A stretch of 22,044 nucleotides of DNA from Candidatus Eiseniibacteriota bacterium (GTDB taxonomy: Bacteria; Eisenbacteria; RBG-16-71-46; CAZEPH01). The stretch spans positions 1-22,044 of the forward strand of contig JBGATO010000059.1 of NCBI GenBank assembly GCA_044229145.1, read 5' to 3'. Below are positions 1-7,465 of the stretch, piece by piece; the first letter of the stretch is position 1, and the number at the start of each line of letters is the position of its first letter. The notes beneath the pieces were generated by a model. The model was not told the origin of the DNA and made no database searches. It was given only the letters and a program-made list of their open reading frames with translations. The translations under genes were made by a program, and so were the position numbers.

Positions 1-1
1 C

Positions 2-2029
2 GTTGGGCTGGATCGCCAGTGTGGCGCCGGTGCTGATGGTGATGGTGCCGACCGGCACGTAGGCGAACGGCGGCGACCCGACGCCCGGCCGGTACTTGAG
101 TACCGCATCCTGCGCCAGGGTCTCGCTCAAGAGTCCGATGCCGTTGTAGCCGTCCGTGCTGAAGCCGTTGTTGGTCAGCGTCGGATCCGCGACCACCGAC
201 ATCGTGATGGGCATGCGCGTGCAGTTGGTGATCGTGCAGTTGTCGATCAGCGGCGTCGCGTTCCCGTCGACCTGGATGCCGTAGTAGGCCTTGGAGATCG
301 TGCAGTAGGTGATCGTCGGCGCGGCGCTGGTGATGTGGATCGCGCCGGGATACGCCGGCGTGTAGTAGGTCGCGTAGGTGACCCGGCAGTAGTCCATCTT
401 GCACAGCGCGTCGTTCGACGTGCCGGTGAAGTGGATGTTGGGCCAGTCGCCGGTGCCGGGCGTGGTGATCGACCCGTCGCCGTTGGTGTCGGCGGGATTG
501 CCGTACATGTCGTCGCGTTCGGAGGTGAAGACGATCAGGCTGTCCGGTTTGCCGTCGGCGATCAGGGCGCCATCGATCAGCAGGCCGCCGGTTAGCTGCT
601 GGAACTTCACGACCACGCCGGGATCCACCGTGAGGATCGCCGGGCTCACCATCTGCAGGATGCCGCTCATGACGTAGTAGGTCATGTTGACGATGCCGGC
701 CAGCGTTCGCGGGTAGAGCCGCGCGTCGGCGGCGTTCGCCTCGCCGATGATGCCGAGCGCGGTGATCGAGTTGCCGAGCAGCGTGATGCCGGTGAAGGTC
801 GGGTTCGCCGACACCGACATGAGCGTCGGCGTCGAGGACATGTTGTTGATCGCGACGGTGGTGATGGCCGGCTGGCTCACCCCGTGCAGAACGAGGCCGT
901 GCGCGGCGTCGCTGAACAGCGTGTTGGAGACCGGGATGCTGAGGTTGTACATCTCCACCATGCCGCGGCTCGTCGTGCTGCTGCCGAACTTGAACCGGCA
1001 GTACTGCACCGAGCCGGTCGAGCCCTGGTTCCAGGTGATGCCGCCCCAGTCGTTGCGATCCGGCGCGGTGAGCGAGCCGTTGTTGTTGGTGTCGCGCGGC
1101 TGGCCGAAGTTGTCGTCGCTGATCGAGGTGACCGTGATGGTGTCGGAGACGGTGCCGTTCATCGTCAGGTTGCCGTTGACGGTCATCCAATAGGTGGAGA
1201 GCGGCTTGATGACGACGCCGGGATTGATGGTCAGGCTGGAGACCGCGTCGATGGTCAGGTTGCTGAGCAGCACGTAGGTCACGTTGGTGATCGCGCTGCC
1301 GCCAATGGTGGCGCCGCGCTTCGGCAGGGTCGCCGTGCCACTGAGGGTGCCGCCGCGCAGGCCGAGCGCGTCGTAGCCGTTGTCGCTGCTCGAGAACACG
1401 ACGCTCGAGAACACCGGCGTCGCGGTGAAGTCGAGGACCAGCGGCGTGCGGGTGGACGCCTCGATGCTGGTGTTGACCAGCACCGGCGAGGCGCTGCCCT
1501 GGCAGTCGATGCCGTGGTACGAGCGGCGGATGACGCAGTTCACCATGCTGTCGGTGGCGCTGATGAAGGTGACTGCGCCGCCCGATCCGTATCCGGCGTA
1601 GCGGATGTCGCAGTACTGCAGCAGGCTGGAGTCCGGGCTGGCGTCCGGGAACGAGATCCCGTACCAGTCGGACGGGCTGGGCAAGGTGGCGTTGCCGTCG
1701 GCGTTGGTGTCGCCGCCGCGGTTGTTGTCGTCGCGAATCGAGGTGACGACGATGGAGTCGGCCGCCGTCCCGGCGGCGCGCAGGCGGCCGTTGACGGTGA
1801 GTTGGCGGTACTGGTCGAACTTGACCACCACGCCCGGCTGGATCGTCAGGGTCTTGCCGGCGTTGATGGAGATCGAGTTACGCACCCAGAAAACGTCGCC
1901 CACCACGGTTCCGGTCGGGCCCCAGGTCGTGTTGCTCGAGATGCTGGTGGTGATCTGCACGGTGGTCAGGGCGTGAGCCGGCACGGCGACGATCGCCCAC
2001 ACGAGCGCGAGGAGTACGGAGTGGCGCAT
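2..2029 (-). CDS. Large secreted right-handed parallel beta-helix repeat protein (3'-truncated by the window edge, >=676 aa); absent from the ORF track
   Basis: Manual translation from ATG 2029 (SD AAGGAGG upstream) gives MRHSVLLALVWAIVAVPAHA-LTTVQITTSISSNTTWGPTG..., an AxA signal peptide, with no stop down to position 2. There are three ~200-aa repeats of LT(I/V)xPGVV(V/I)K...TSxxDD..G..DTNx(D/N)G...DWxxIx(F/W), and a fourth begins at the edge. Confidence 0.9.
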   Translation of the reverse strand, partial: MRHSVLLALVWAIVAVPAHALTTVQITTSISSNTTWGPTGTVVGDVFWVRNSISINAGKTLTIQPGVVVKFDQYRQLTVNGRLRAAGTAADSIVVTSIRDDNNRGGDTNADGNATLPSPSDWYGISFPDASPDSSLLQYCDIRYAGYGSGGAVTFISATDSMVNCVIRRSYHGIDCQGSASPVLVNTSIEASTRTPLVLDFTATPVFSSVVFSSSDNGYDALGLRGGTLSGTATLPKRGATIGGSAITNVTYVLLSNLTIDAVSSLTINPGVVIKPLSTYWMTVNGNLTMNGTVSDTITVTSISDDNFGQPRDTNNNGSLTAPDRNDWGGITWNQGSTGSVQYCRFKFGSSTTSRGMVEMYNLSIPVSNTLFSDAAHGLVLHGVSQPAITTVAINNMSSTPTLMSVSANPTFTGITLLGNSITALGIIGEANAADARLYPRTLAGIVNMTYYVMSGILQMVSPAILTVDPGVVVKFQQLTGGLLIDGALIADGKPDSLIVFTSERDDMYGNPADTNGDGSITTPGTGDWPNIHFTGTSNDALCKMDYCRVTYATYYTPAYPGAIHITSAAPTITYCTISKAYYGIQVDGNATPLIDNCTITNCTRMPITMSVVADPTLTNNGFSTDGYNGIGLLSETLAQDAVLKYRPGVGSPPFAYVPVGTITISTGATLAIQPN

Positions 2030-2352
2030 GCCATCCTCCTTGATGCGGCTGATCCGCGTCAGGCCGTGCGGTGGCAGCCGGCTTCTGTTGCGATGTGCCC
2101 GTCAAGGGGCGGCGGGCCGGGCGAGCCGGGCGGCTCGAGTGCGAGAGAGCACGCGCGAGACAGGCGACAAGTAGGCCATTGCCTGCGAGGTGGGGCCGCG
2201 AAGGTCTCCAAACGCCAACGCTAGGTTGCGGGCGCGGCACGGCTCAAGGTAACTGCAGGGTCCCCATTAGGGTGCGATGCAGGTCGCGCGCAGCCGCCGC
2301 ACATGGGAGGGGCGCGGAGTGCGACGGCGGACGCAGTGCAGCCGGACGGAAC

Positions 2353-3324
2353 TCAGCCCGCGAGGGTTCCGCGCGCCATCACGGCCTCGACCAACGCGTC
2401 TGCGGCGCGGTACGGCCCGCCATCGCCGTTGGTCACCGCCTCCACCGCCGCGTGCACCGCTTGATCGACATCACCGCGGCGCCACAACTCGTCGATGAGC
2501 CGCTCGCGCACGCGCTGGCGGATGCGCGCCTCGACGCGCGCGCGCCGCCGCTCGGCGAAGCGCCCGCTCTCGCGCAGGAACGCCTGGTGACGCTCGATCT
2601 CCGTCCACACGTCCGCGACGCCGTTCGGCGCGGTGGCGATCGAGCGCACCACCGGCGGCCGCCACGCCTGCGCGTCGCGGGCGCGCAGCGTCAGCGTCGT
2701 CTCGATGTCGGCGCACAGCTGTTCGGCGCCGGGCCGGTCCGCCTTGTTCACCACGAAGATGTCGGCGATTTCCATGAGGCCGGCCTTCATCGTCTGCACG
2801 CCGTCGCCGGACTCCGGCACCAAGACGACGAGCGTGGTGTCCGCCGCGTGCATGACGTCGACCTCGGACTGCCCGACGCCGACGGTTTCGATCAGCACGC
2901 GCTGGCGGCCGGCGGCCTCGAGGATGTCCGCCGCCTCCTCGGTGGCGCGCGCCAGGCCGCCCATCGAGCCGCGGGTGGCCATCGAGCGGATGAACACGCC
3001 CGCGTCGAGCGCGAACTCCTGCATGCGGACGCGGTCGCCGAGCAGGGCGCCGCCGGTGAACGGCGAGGTCGGGTCGATCGCCAGGATGCCGACCTGTTCG
3101 CCGGCCTCGCGGGCGCGGCGGGTGATCGCGGTGGTGAGCGTCGACTTGCCGGCGCCGGGCGGGCCGGTGATCCCAATGCGCAGGCCGCCGCCGAGGCGGC
3201 CGTGCAGCTCGTCGAGCACGGTGCGGGCGCGCGGGTCGCCGTTCTCGACGGCGGAGATGGCGCGCGCGGTCAGGCGGCGATCGGAGGCGAGGACGCCGTC
3301 GACGATCTCACGGACCCAGTCCAG
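2353..3324 (-). CDS. meaB: Methylmalonyl-CoA mutase-associated GTPase MeaB/ArgK
   Basis: Motifs GITGPPGAGKST (P-loop), DPTSPFTGGALLGDRVRM, RSMATRGSMGGL, IETVGVGQSE and NKAD. Start placed at CTG 3324, 6 nt after SD GAAGGAG (3331-3337). The track's extension to 3543 is junk-like. Confidence 0.93.
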   Translation of the reverse strand: MDWVREIVDGVLASDRRLTARAISAVENGDPRARTVLDELHGRLGGGLRIGITGPPGAGKSTLTTAITRRAREAGEQVGILAIDPTSPFTGGALLGDRVRMQEFALDAGVFIRSMATRGSMGGLARATEEAADILEAAGRQRVLIETVGVGQSEVDVMHAADTTLVVLVPESGDGVQTMKAGLMEIADIFVVNKADRPGAEQLCADIETTLTLRARDAQAWRPPVVRSIATAPNGVADVWTEIERHQAFLRESGRFAERRRARVEARIRQRVRERLIDELWRRGDVDQAVHAAVEAVTNGDGGPYRAADALVEAVMARGTLAG

Positions 3325-3420
3325 GGGTGTCTCCTTCCACTCGGGCGGCCACGGCGGCGTGGCGGCGGGACAGCGGGCGCCCCGCGGGCGGCCACAGCCG
3401 CGGCGGGCGGAGCGAGCGCG

Positions 3421-3432
3421 GCAGTCTAGCAC
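3421..3432 (-). promoter_or_regulatory. Extended -10 promoter (TGcTAGACT) for meaB
   Basis: GTGCTAGACTGC on the minus strand. The identical 12-mer recurs at 16641-16652 upstream of the VOC gene. Confidence 0.55.
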
Positions 3433-3520
3433 TTCGCTTCCGCCCGGCGCAGGGCCGCGCGCGGGGCCGCGACGCCGGCGTATCCAAAGGGATACAACGC
3501 TGGAATCGCCCCGGCCGGGC

Positions 3521-3529
3521 TGGTAGGAT
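3521..3529 (+). promoter_or_regulatory. Extended -10 promoter (TGgTAGGAT) for the 3565 gene
   Basis: TG-N-TAnnnT about 35 nt upstream of ATG 3565, which has SD GGAGG. Confidence 0.45.
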
Positions 3530-3564
3530 GGGAGCCTCCGCATCGATCAGCCTGGAGGACACCC

Positions 3565-4167
3565 ATGCGCCTTGCATCCGCATCGATGGCTGCCGCATTT
3601 GCCGGCCTGTTCCTGGCCGTCTCTGCCCACGCCGCGATCGTCAACGGCGGCTTCGAGCCGAGCGGTCCCGCGTCGAGCTACTACCTGCTTGGCGGCGGCT
3701 CGACCGCGATCTCCGGCTGGACGACCACCGACACGGGCGTCGAGTGGTACAACCCCACCGCATACGGCACTGGCAGCGCCCACGACGGCAGCTACATCGT
3801 CGACCTCGCCAACTACACGTATTCCGCCGGCGGCCTCCAGCAGACCTTCGCGACCACCCCCGGCGAGATCGTATCGATCACCTTCTGGCTGAGCACGACG
3901 GTGGGCTCCGGCCGCGATGGCACCTGCCAGATCGTCGTCGACGCCGACGGCCAGAGCGCCACCTACACAGCCAGCAACCCCAGCACCCAGAACGTGTGGA
4001 ACCAGAAGACGTTCACCTTCACGGCCGACGACACGGCCGCGACGCTGCGCTTCCGCTGCCTGCAGAACGCCAACGCGCACTTCGCCAACATCGACGGGGT
4101 GAGCCAGAACGTCACCACCGGCGTCAACCCGACGACCTGGGGCGTGATGAAGCGCTTGTTCCGCTAG
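3565..4167 (+). CDS. Secreted DUF642/choice-of-anchor-C-like carbohydrate-binding beta-sandwich protein with C-terminal TTWGVMKRLFR tail
   Basis: SD GGAGG and an AHA signal peptide. Motifs IVNGGFE, ISGWT, A(H)DGSYIVDL, GGLQQTFATTPG, TFTFTA..T..TLRF and NIDGVS match this galactose-binding-like family. Confidence 0.8.
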   Translation: MRLASASMAAAFAGLFLAVSAHAAIVNGGFEPSGPASSYYLLGGGSTAISGWTTTDTGVEWYNPTAYGTGSAHDGSYIVDLANYTYSAGGLQQTFATTPGEIVSITFWLSTTVGSGRDGTCQIVVDADGQSATYTASNPSTQNVWNQKTFTFTADDTAATLRFRCLQNANAHFANIDGVSQNVTTGVNPTTWGVMKRLFR

Positions 4168-4199
4168 ACCGCGGGCGCGAACTGCCGGGGGGTCGACTT

Positions 4200-4229
4200 G
4201 CTTCCCGTCCCGCGAGGGACGTGGGGAGC
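4200..4229 (+). terminator. GC-rich hairpin with GCGA tetraloop after the 3565 gene
   Basis: CGTCCC-GCGA-GGGACG inner stem extended by GCTTCC/GGGAGC-type pairing. U-tract is weak. Confidence 0.5.
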
Positions 4230-4231
4230 GG

Positions 4232-4260
4232 TTGACCCCTTTCGCGCGTCTGGCTAGGCT
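4232..4260 (+). promoter_or_regulatory. Sigma70-type promoter TTGACC-17-TAGGCT placing the start site on the pepP ATG (leaderless)
   Basis: -35 at 4232-4237, -10 at 4255-4260, 6 nt to ATG 4267, no SD. Confidence 0.7.
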
Positions 4261-4266
4261 CCTGAC

Positions 4267-5754
4267 ATGGCGACCTTCCTGAATCGCCCGGCCGCGCCGG
4301 GCACCGAGACCGACGAGGCGGCGACCGACGCCCCCGTCCGCAACAGCTACGACCCCGCGACGCCGGACGCCCTCTGCGAGTTCATGCTCGCACACTGGGG
4401 CGAGCGCCCGGCGCATCCCGACGCCGGCCCGCTGCCCTTCCTGCAGAACTACCAGGCGCGGCGTCGCAAGCTGTCGGCGCTCTATCCGGGCGAAGCGCTG
4501 GTGATCCCGACCGGCCACCCCAAGGTGCGCGCCAACGACACGTTCTATCCGTTCCGCGCCGGGAGCGACTTCTTCTACCTCACCGGCAACATGGAGCCGG
4601 ACTGCGTGCTGGTGTTCGAGCCGACAGCCCCGGGATCGAGCGAACACCGCGACATCCTATTCGTCGAGCCCACCGGCCGCACCGATCCGTCGTTCTTCAC
4701 CGATCGCGCCAAGGGCGAGCTGTGGACCGGCGCGCGGCTCGGCGTCGAGGGCAGCGCGGCGCGCTACGGCATGGCCGAATGCCGTTCGATGCGGGAGCTC
4801 GAGGGCTACCTCGCGGAACTCGGCGCGCGGTCCGGCGCCAAGCTGCGCGTGCTGCGCGGTTTCAGCGAGGGTGTGGACGCGGCACTCCCCGGCGGCGGCG
4901 ACCACGCGCAGTTCGCGGTCGCGCTCTCCGAGATGCGTCTGCTCAAGGATCCGGTCGAAGTGCAGGCGTTGCGCGACGCGATCGCCGCGACGCAGCGCGG
5001 CTTCGAGGACGTGATCCGCGCGCTGCGCACGGCGCCGAGCGAACGCCACCTCGAGATGATTTTCGCCACCCGCGCGCGGCTCGAGGGCAACGACGTCGGG
5101 TACGGCAGCATCGTCGCCGGCGGCTCGCACGCCTGCGTCCTGCACTGGACGCGCAATGACGGCATCCTCAACCCGGACGAGTTGCTGCTGCTCGACGCCG
5201 GCGTCGAGGGCTACTCGCTCTACACCGCGGACATCACGCGCACGCTGCCGATCGGCGGCCGATTCACCACGGCACAGCGCCGCATCTACGACCTCGTGTA
5301 CGCGGCGCAGGACGCGGCGATCAAGGCGGTGAAGCCGGGCGCCGACTTCCTCGAGCCGAACCGCGTCGCCATGCGCATCCTGGCGCAAGGGCTGCACGAT
5401 CTCGGGATCTTGACGGTGAGCGTCGAGGAAGCGCTGCGCGAGGACCGGCAGCTGTTCCGCCGCTACACGCTGCACAACGTCAGCCACATGCTCGGCATCG
5501 ACGTGCACGACTGCGCGCGGGCGCGCGAGCAGGAGTACAAGCTCGGCACGCTCACGCCGGGCATGGTGCTCACGGTCGAACCGGGGCTCTACTTCCAGCC
5601 GGACGATCTCACGGTGCCGGAGGAGTACCGCGGCATCGGCGTGCGCATCGAGGACGACATCCTGGTCAGCGAGACCGGATGGATCAACCTCTCGTCGGCG
5701 ATCCCGCGCAGCGCGGACGACGTCGAGGCGTGGATCGCCAACGTGCAAGCGTAG
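4267..5754 (+). CDS. pepP: Xaa-Pro aminopeptidase (aminopeptidase P, M24B)
   Basis: AMP_N-type region (RANDTFYPFRAGSDFFYLTG) and metal-ligand motifs LLDAG, TADITRT, SHMLGIDVHD, TVEPGLYF and GVRIEDD. Confidence 0.95.
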   Translation: MATFLNRPAAPGTETDEAATDAPVRNSYDPATPDALCEFMLAHWGERPAHPDAGPLPFLQNYQARRRKLSALYPGEALVIPTGHPKVRANDTFYPFRAGSDFFYLTGNMEPDCVLVFEPTAPGSSEHRDILFVEPTGRTDPSFFTDRAKGELWTGARLGVEGSAARYGMAECRSMRELEGYLAELGARSGAKLRVLRGFSEGVDAALPGGGDHAQFAVALSEMRLLKDPVEVQALRDAIAATQRGFEDVIRALRTAPSERHLEMIFATRARLEGNDVGYGSIVAGGSHACVLHWTRNDGILNPDELLLLDAGVEGYSLYTADITRTLPIGGRFTTAQRRIYDLVYAAQDAAIKAVKPGADFLEPNRVAMRILAQGLHDLGILTVSVEEALREDRQLFRRYTLHNVSHMLGIDVHDCARAREQEYKLGTLTPGMVLTVEPGLYFQPDDLTVPEEYRGIGVRIEDDILVSETGWINLSSAIPRSADDVEAWIANVQA

Positions 5755-5777
5755 CGGCACCACCAACGTCGCACAGA

Positions 5778-5820
5778 GCGCGCGCCGTCGAGGGAACTCG
5801 GCGGCGCGCGCCGCGCTTTT
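5778..5820 (+). terminator. Intrinsic terminator-like hairpin after pepP
   Basis: 15-bp stem 5778-5792/5797-5811 (one G-U) with GGAA tetraloop, followed by TTTT at 5817-5820. Confidence 0.7.
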
Positions 5821-5824
5821 CGGG

Positions 5825-5854
5825 TCGACATGGCGGAGCACGCTCTGCCATGCT
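5825..5854 (+). promoter_or_regulatory. Putative promoter (TCGACA-18-CATGCT, with extended TG) overlapped by a 24-bp inverted repeat
   Basis: CATGGCGGAG-CACG-CTCTGCCATG at 5829-5852 (9/10 arm match) spans the spacer upstream of the metal-uptake operon. Confidence 0.4.
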
Positions 5855-5898
5855 CGCCGTCCGCGTGCGTCACGGTGCCGCGCGCGGTGGGAGTGTCC

Positions 5899-6189
5899 AT
5901 GCACACGTCGTTGCGCTCGCGTCTCGCTGTCACCCTGTGGCTGTTGCCGTTGCTCGCGCTGGTGTTGTGCGCGGGCTTCGTCGCGGCCGGGTGGCACCAT
6001 GACGACGACAGCGCGGCGCATCCGTGCGCCGTGTGTGCCGTCGCCCACGCGACCTTCACCACGCCGGAGGCACCCAGCCTCCTGGCCGCGCCGGCGGGAA
6101 GCCAGATCGCGCTCCTCGCCCCGCTCACCATGCGTCCCGCCTGCCGTCATGCGGGACCCGGCGACAGCCGCGGACCGCCCTCCGCCTAA
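5899..6189 (+). CDS. DUF2946/CruR-like metal-sensing leader ORF (96 aa) with C-terminal RGPP arrest motif
   Basis: ATG 5899 with SD GGGAG. Layout: hydrophobic N-terminal segment, HHDDDSAAHPCAVCAVAH (CxxC plus His), Pro/Ala linker, ending SRGPPSA-stop. Lies directly upstream of a metal-import barrel gene. Confidence 0.8.
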   Translation: MHTSLRSRLAVTLWLLPLLALVLCAGFVAAGWHHDDDSAAHPCAVCAVAHATFTTPEAPSLLAAPAGSQIALLAPLTMRPACRHAGPGDSRGPPSA

Positions 6190-6276
6190 CGTTTGTCGCG
6201 CCGCCCGGTGCGATCGCCCATCCCGCTCGCCGCTCGGCGGGCAATCTCGCTGACATTCCGATCGACGGAGGTTTCC

Positions 6277-7428
6277 GTGCGTTCATTCGCGCGCATGCTC
6301 GTCGCATGCCTCGCGTTCGCGTGCGCCGCACCCGCGGCCCGCGCCCAAGATGCTCCTGACTCTCTCGCCACCGACACGCCAGTGGCGGAAGCACCAGTCG
6401 CGGCACCGCCGGTGCAAGGCAACCTGCTCAACCCGAACACCAGCGTCATCGGCTGGATGCAAGCCGCCGCCGGTCACGACGCCCACGACGATGCGCCGGC
6501 CGCGCTGCTCAAGGAAGCCGAAGTCGGGCTCCAAGCCGTCGTCGACCCGTACACGCGGGCCGACATCTTCCTGTCGTTCCACGACCTCGAGGAGGCGGCG
6601 CTCGAGGAAGCGTACCTGACGTTTCTCACGCTGCCGGGCGGCTTTCAGGCGCGCGCCGGCAAGTTCCGCGACGCGTTCGGCAAGTTCAACCTCACGCACG
6701 CCGGCGAGACGCCGTTTGCGGATCGTCCGCTCGCAGCGGCGACGCTCTTCGGTGAAGAAGGGCTGAGCGGTGCCGGCGCCGAGGTGTCCTGGCTGGTGCC
6801 GAATCCGTTCGGTCTCTACGCCAACCTCACCGGCACGGTGCAGCGCAGTCCGGACGAGTCGCCGGTGTTCGCGGCGGCGGAGCGGCGCAATGATCTGCTC
6901 TACCTCGGACGGCTGGTGACGTACGCCGACCTCAGCGAATCGTGGAACGTCAATGCCGGTGTCTCGTTCGCCACCGCGCCGGTGAACACGGCGCTGCACG
7001 ACGATGTCGTCGACCACGCGGCGCTGCGCGGGCACGCGCGGGTCGCCGGCGCGGATCTGACGCTGCGCTGGAAGAATCATCGCCAGGCGATCTACCGCTC
7101 GCTGCTGTGGCAGACGGAGGCCTACGCGCTCGACGCGGAGCAGAGCGGCGGCTTGTACGCGCCGCGGCGGCCGCGCGGCGGATTTTCGTACGTCGACTAC
7201 CAGTTCGCGCGGCGCTGGCATGCCGGCGTGCGCGGCGACTACATGCAGAACTTCGCCGATCACGGCCATCAGAGCGGTGTGCTCGGCTACCTCACCTTCA
7301 CGCCCACCGAGTTCAGTCTGTTCAGCGTGCAGTCGCGGCGCCTGACGTACGCGCCGGACGACACCGCGTGGGAACACTTCCTCAAGATCACCTTCAACAT
7401 CGGGCCGCACGGTGCGCACCCGTTCTGA
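6277..7428 (+). CDS. Outer-membrane beta-barrel of the family often annotated 'zinc-regulated outer membrane receptor'
   Basis: GTG 6277 with SD GGAGG and an ARA signal peptide. Motifs LNPNTSVIG, EAEVGLQAVVDPY, EEAYLT and RAGKFR..FGKFN..H, amphipathic strands, and C-terminal IGPHGAHPF. Confidence 0.8.
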   Translation: MRSFARMLVACLAFACAAPAARAQDAPDSLATDTPVAEAPVAAPPVQGNLLNPNTSVIGWMQAAAGHDAHDDAPAALLKEAEVGLQAVVDPYTRADIFLSFHDLEEAALEEAYLTFLTLPGGFQARAGKFRDAFGKFNLTHAGETPFADRPLAAATLFGEEGLSGAGAEVSWLVPNPFGLYANLTGTVQRSPDESPVFAAAERRNDLLYLGRLVTYADLSESWNVNAGVSFATAPVNTALHDDVVDHAALRGHARVAGADLTLRWKNHRQAIYRSLLWQTEAYALDAEQSGGLYAPRRPRGGFSYVDYQFARRWHAGVRGDYMQNFADHGHQSGVLGYLTFTPTEFSLFSVQSRRLTYAPDDTAWEHFLKITFNIGPHGAHPF

Positions 7429-7465
7429 TCGCTCGTCCGCCACGGCACTGATGAAGGAGACACAC

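Noticed and set aside
2030..2352. Possible structured RNA in the 320-nt intergenic region
   Set aside because: Only short GC hairpins (e.g. CGAGCC-N4-GGCTCG) and a weak TTGAGC-18-TAGCGT promoter on the minus strand; no recognisable ncRNA.
3325..3420. Cobalamin riboswitch ahead of meaB
   Set aside because: The leader is only ~90 nt and lacks the GGGAA/GCCACTG B12-box signatures.
335..3526. Long plus-strand ORFs (884..2224, 2071..3429, 2633..3526 and others)
   Set aside because: Antisense shadows of the real minus-strand genes in high-GC DNA; Arg/Ala-rich with no motifs.
5755..6276. Canonical Fur/Zur box or known metal riboswitch upstream of the metal operon
   Set aside because: No AT-rich GATAATGAT/TGTTATnnnATAACA-like dyad and no recognisable yybP-ykoY or NiCo pattern by eye; an Rfam scan was not possible.
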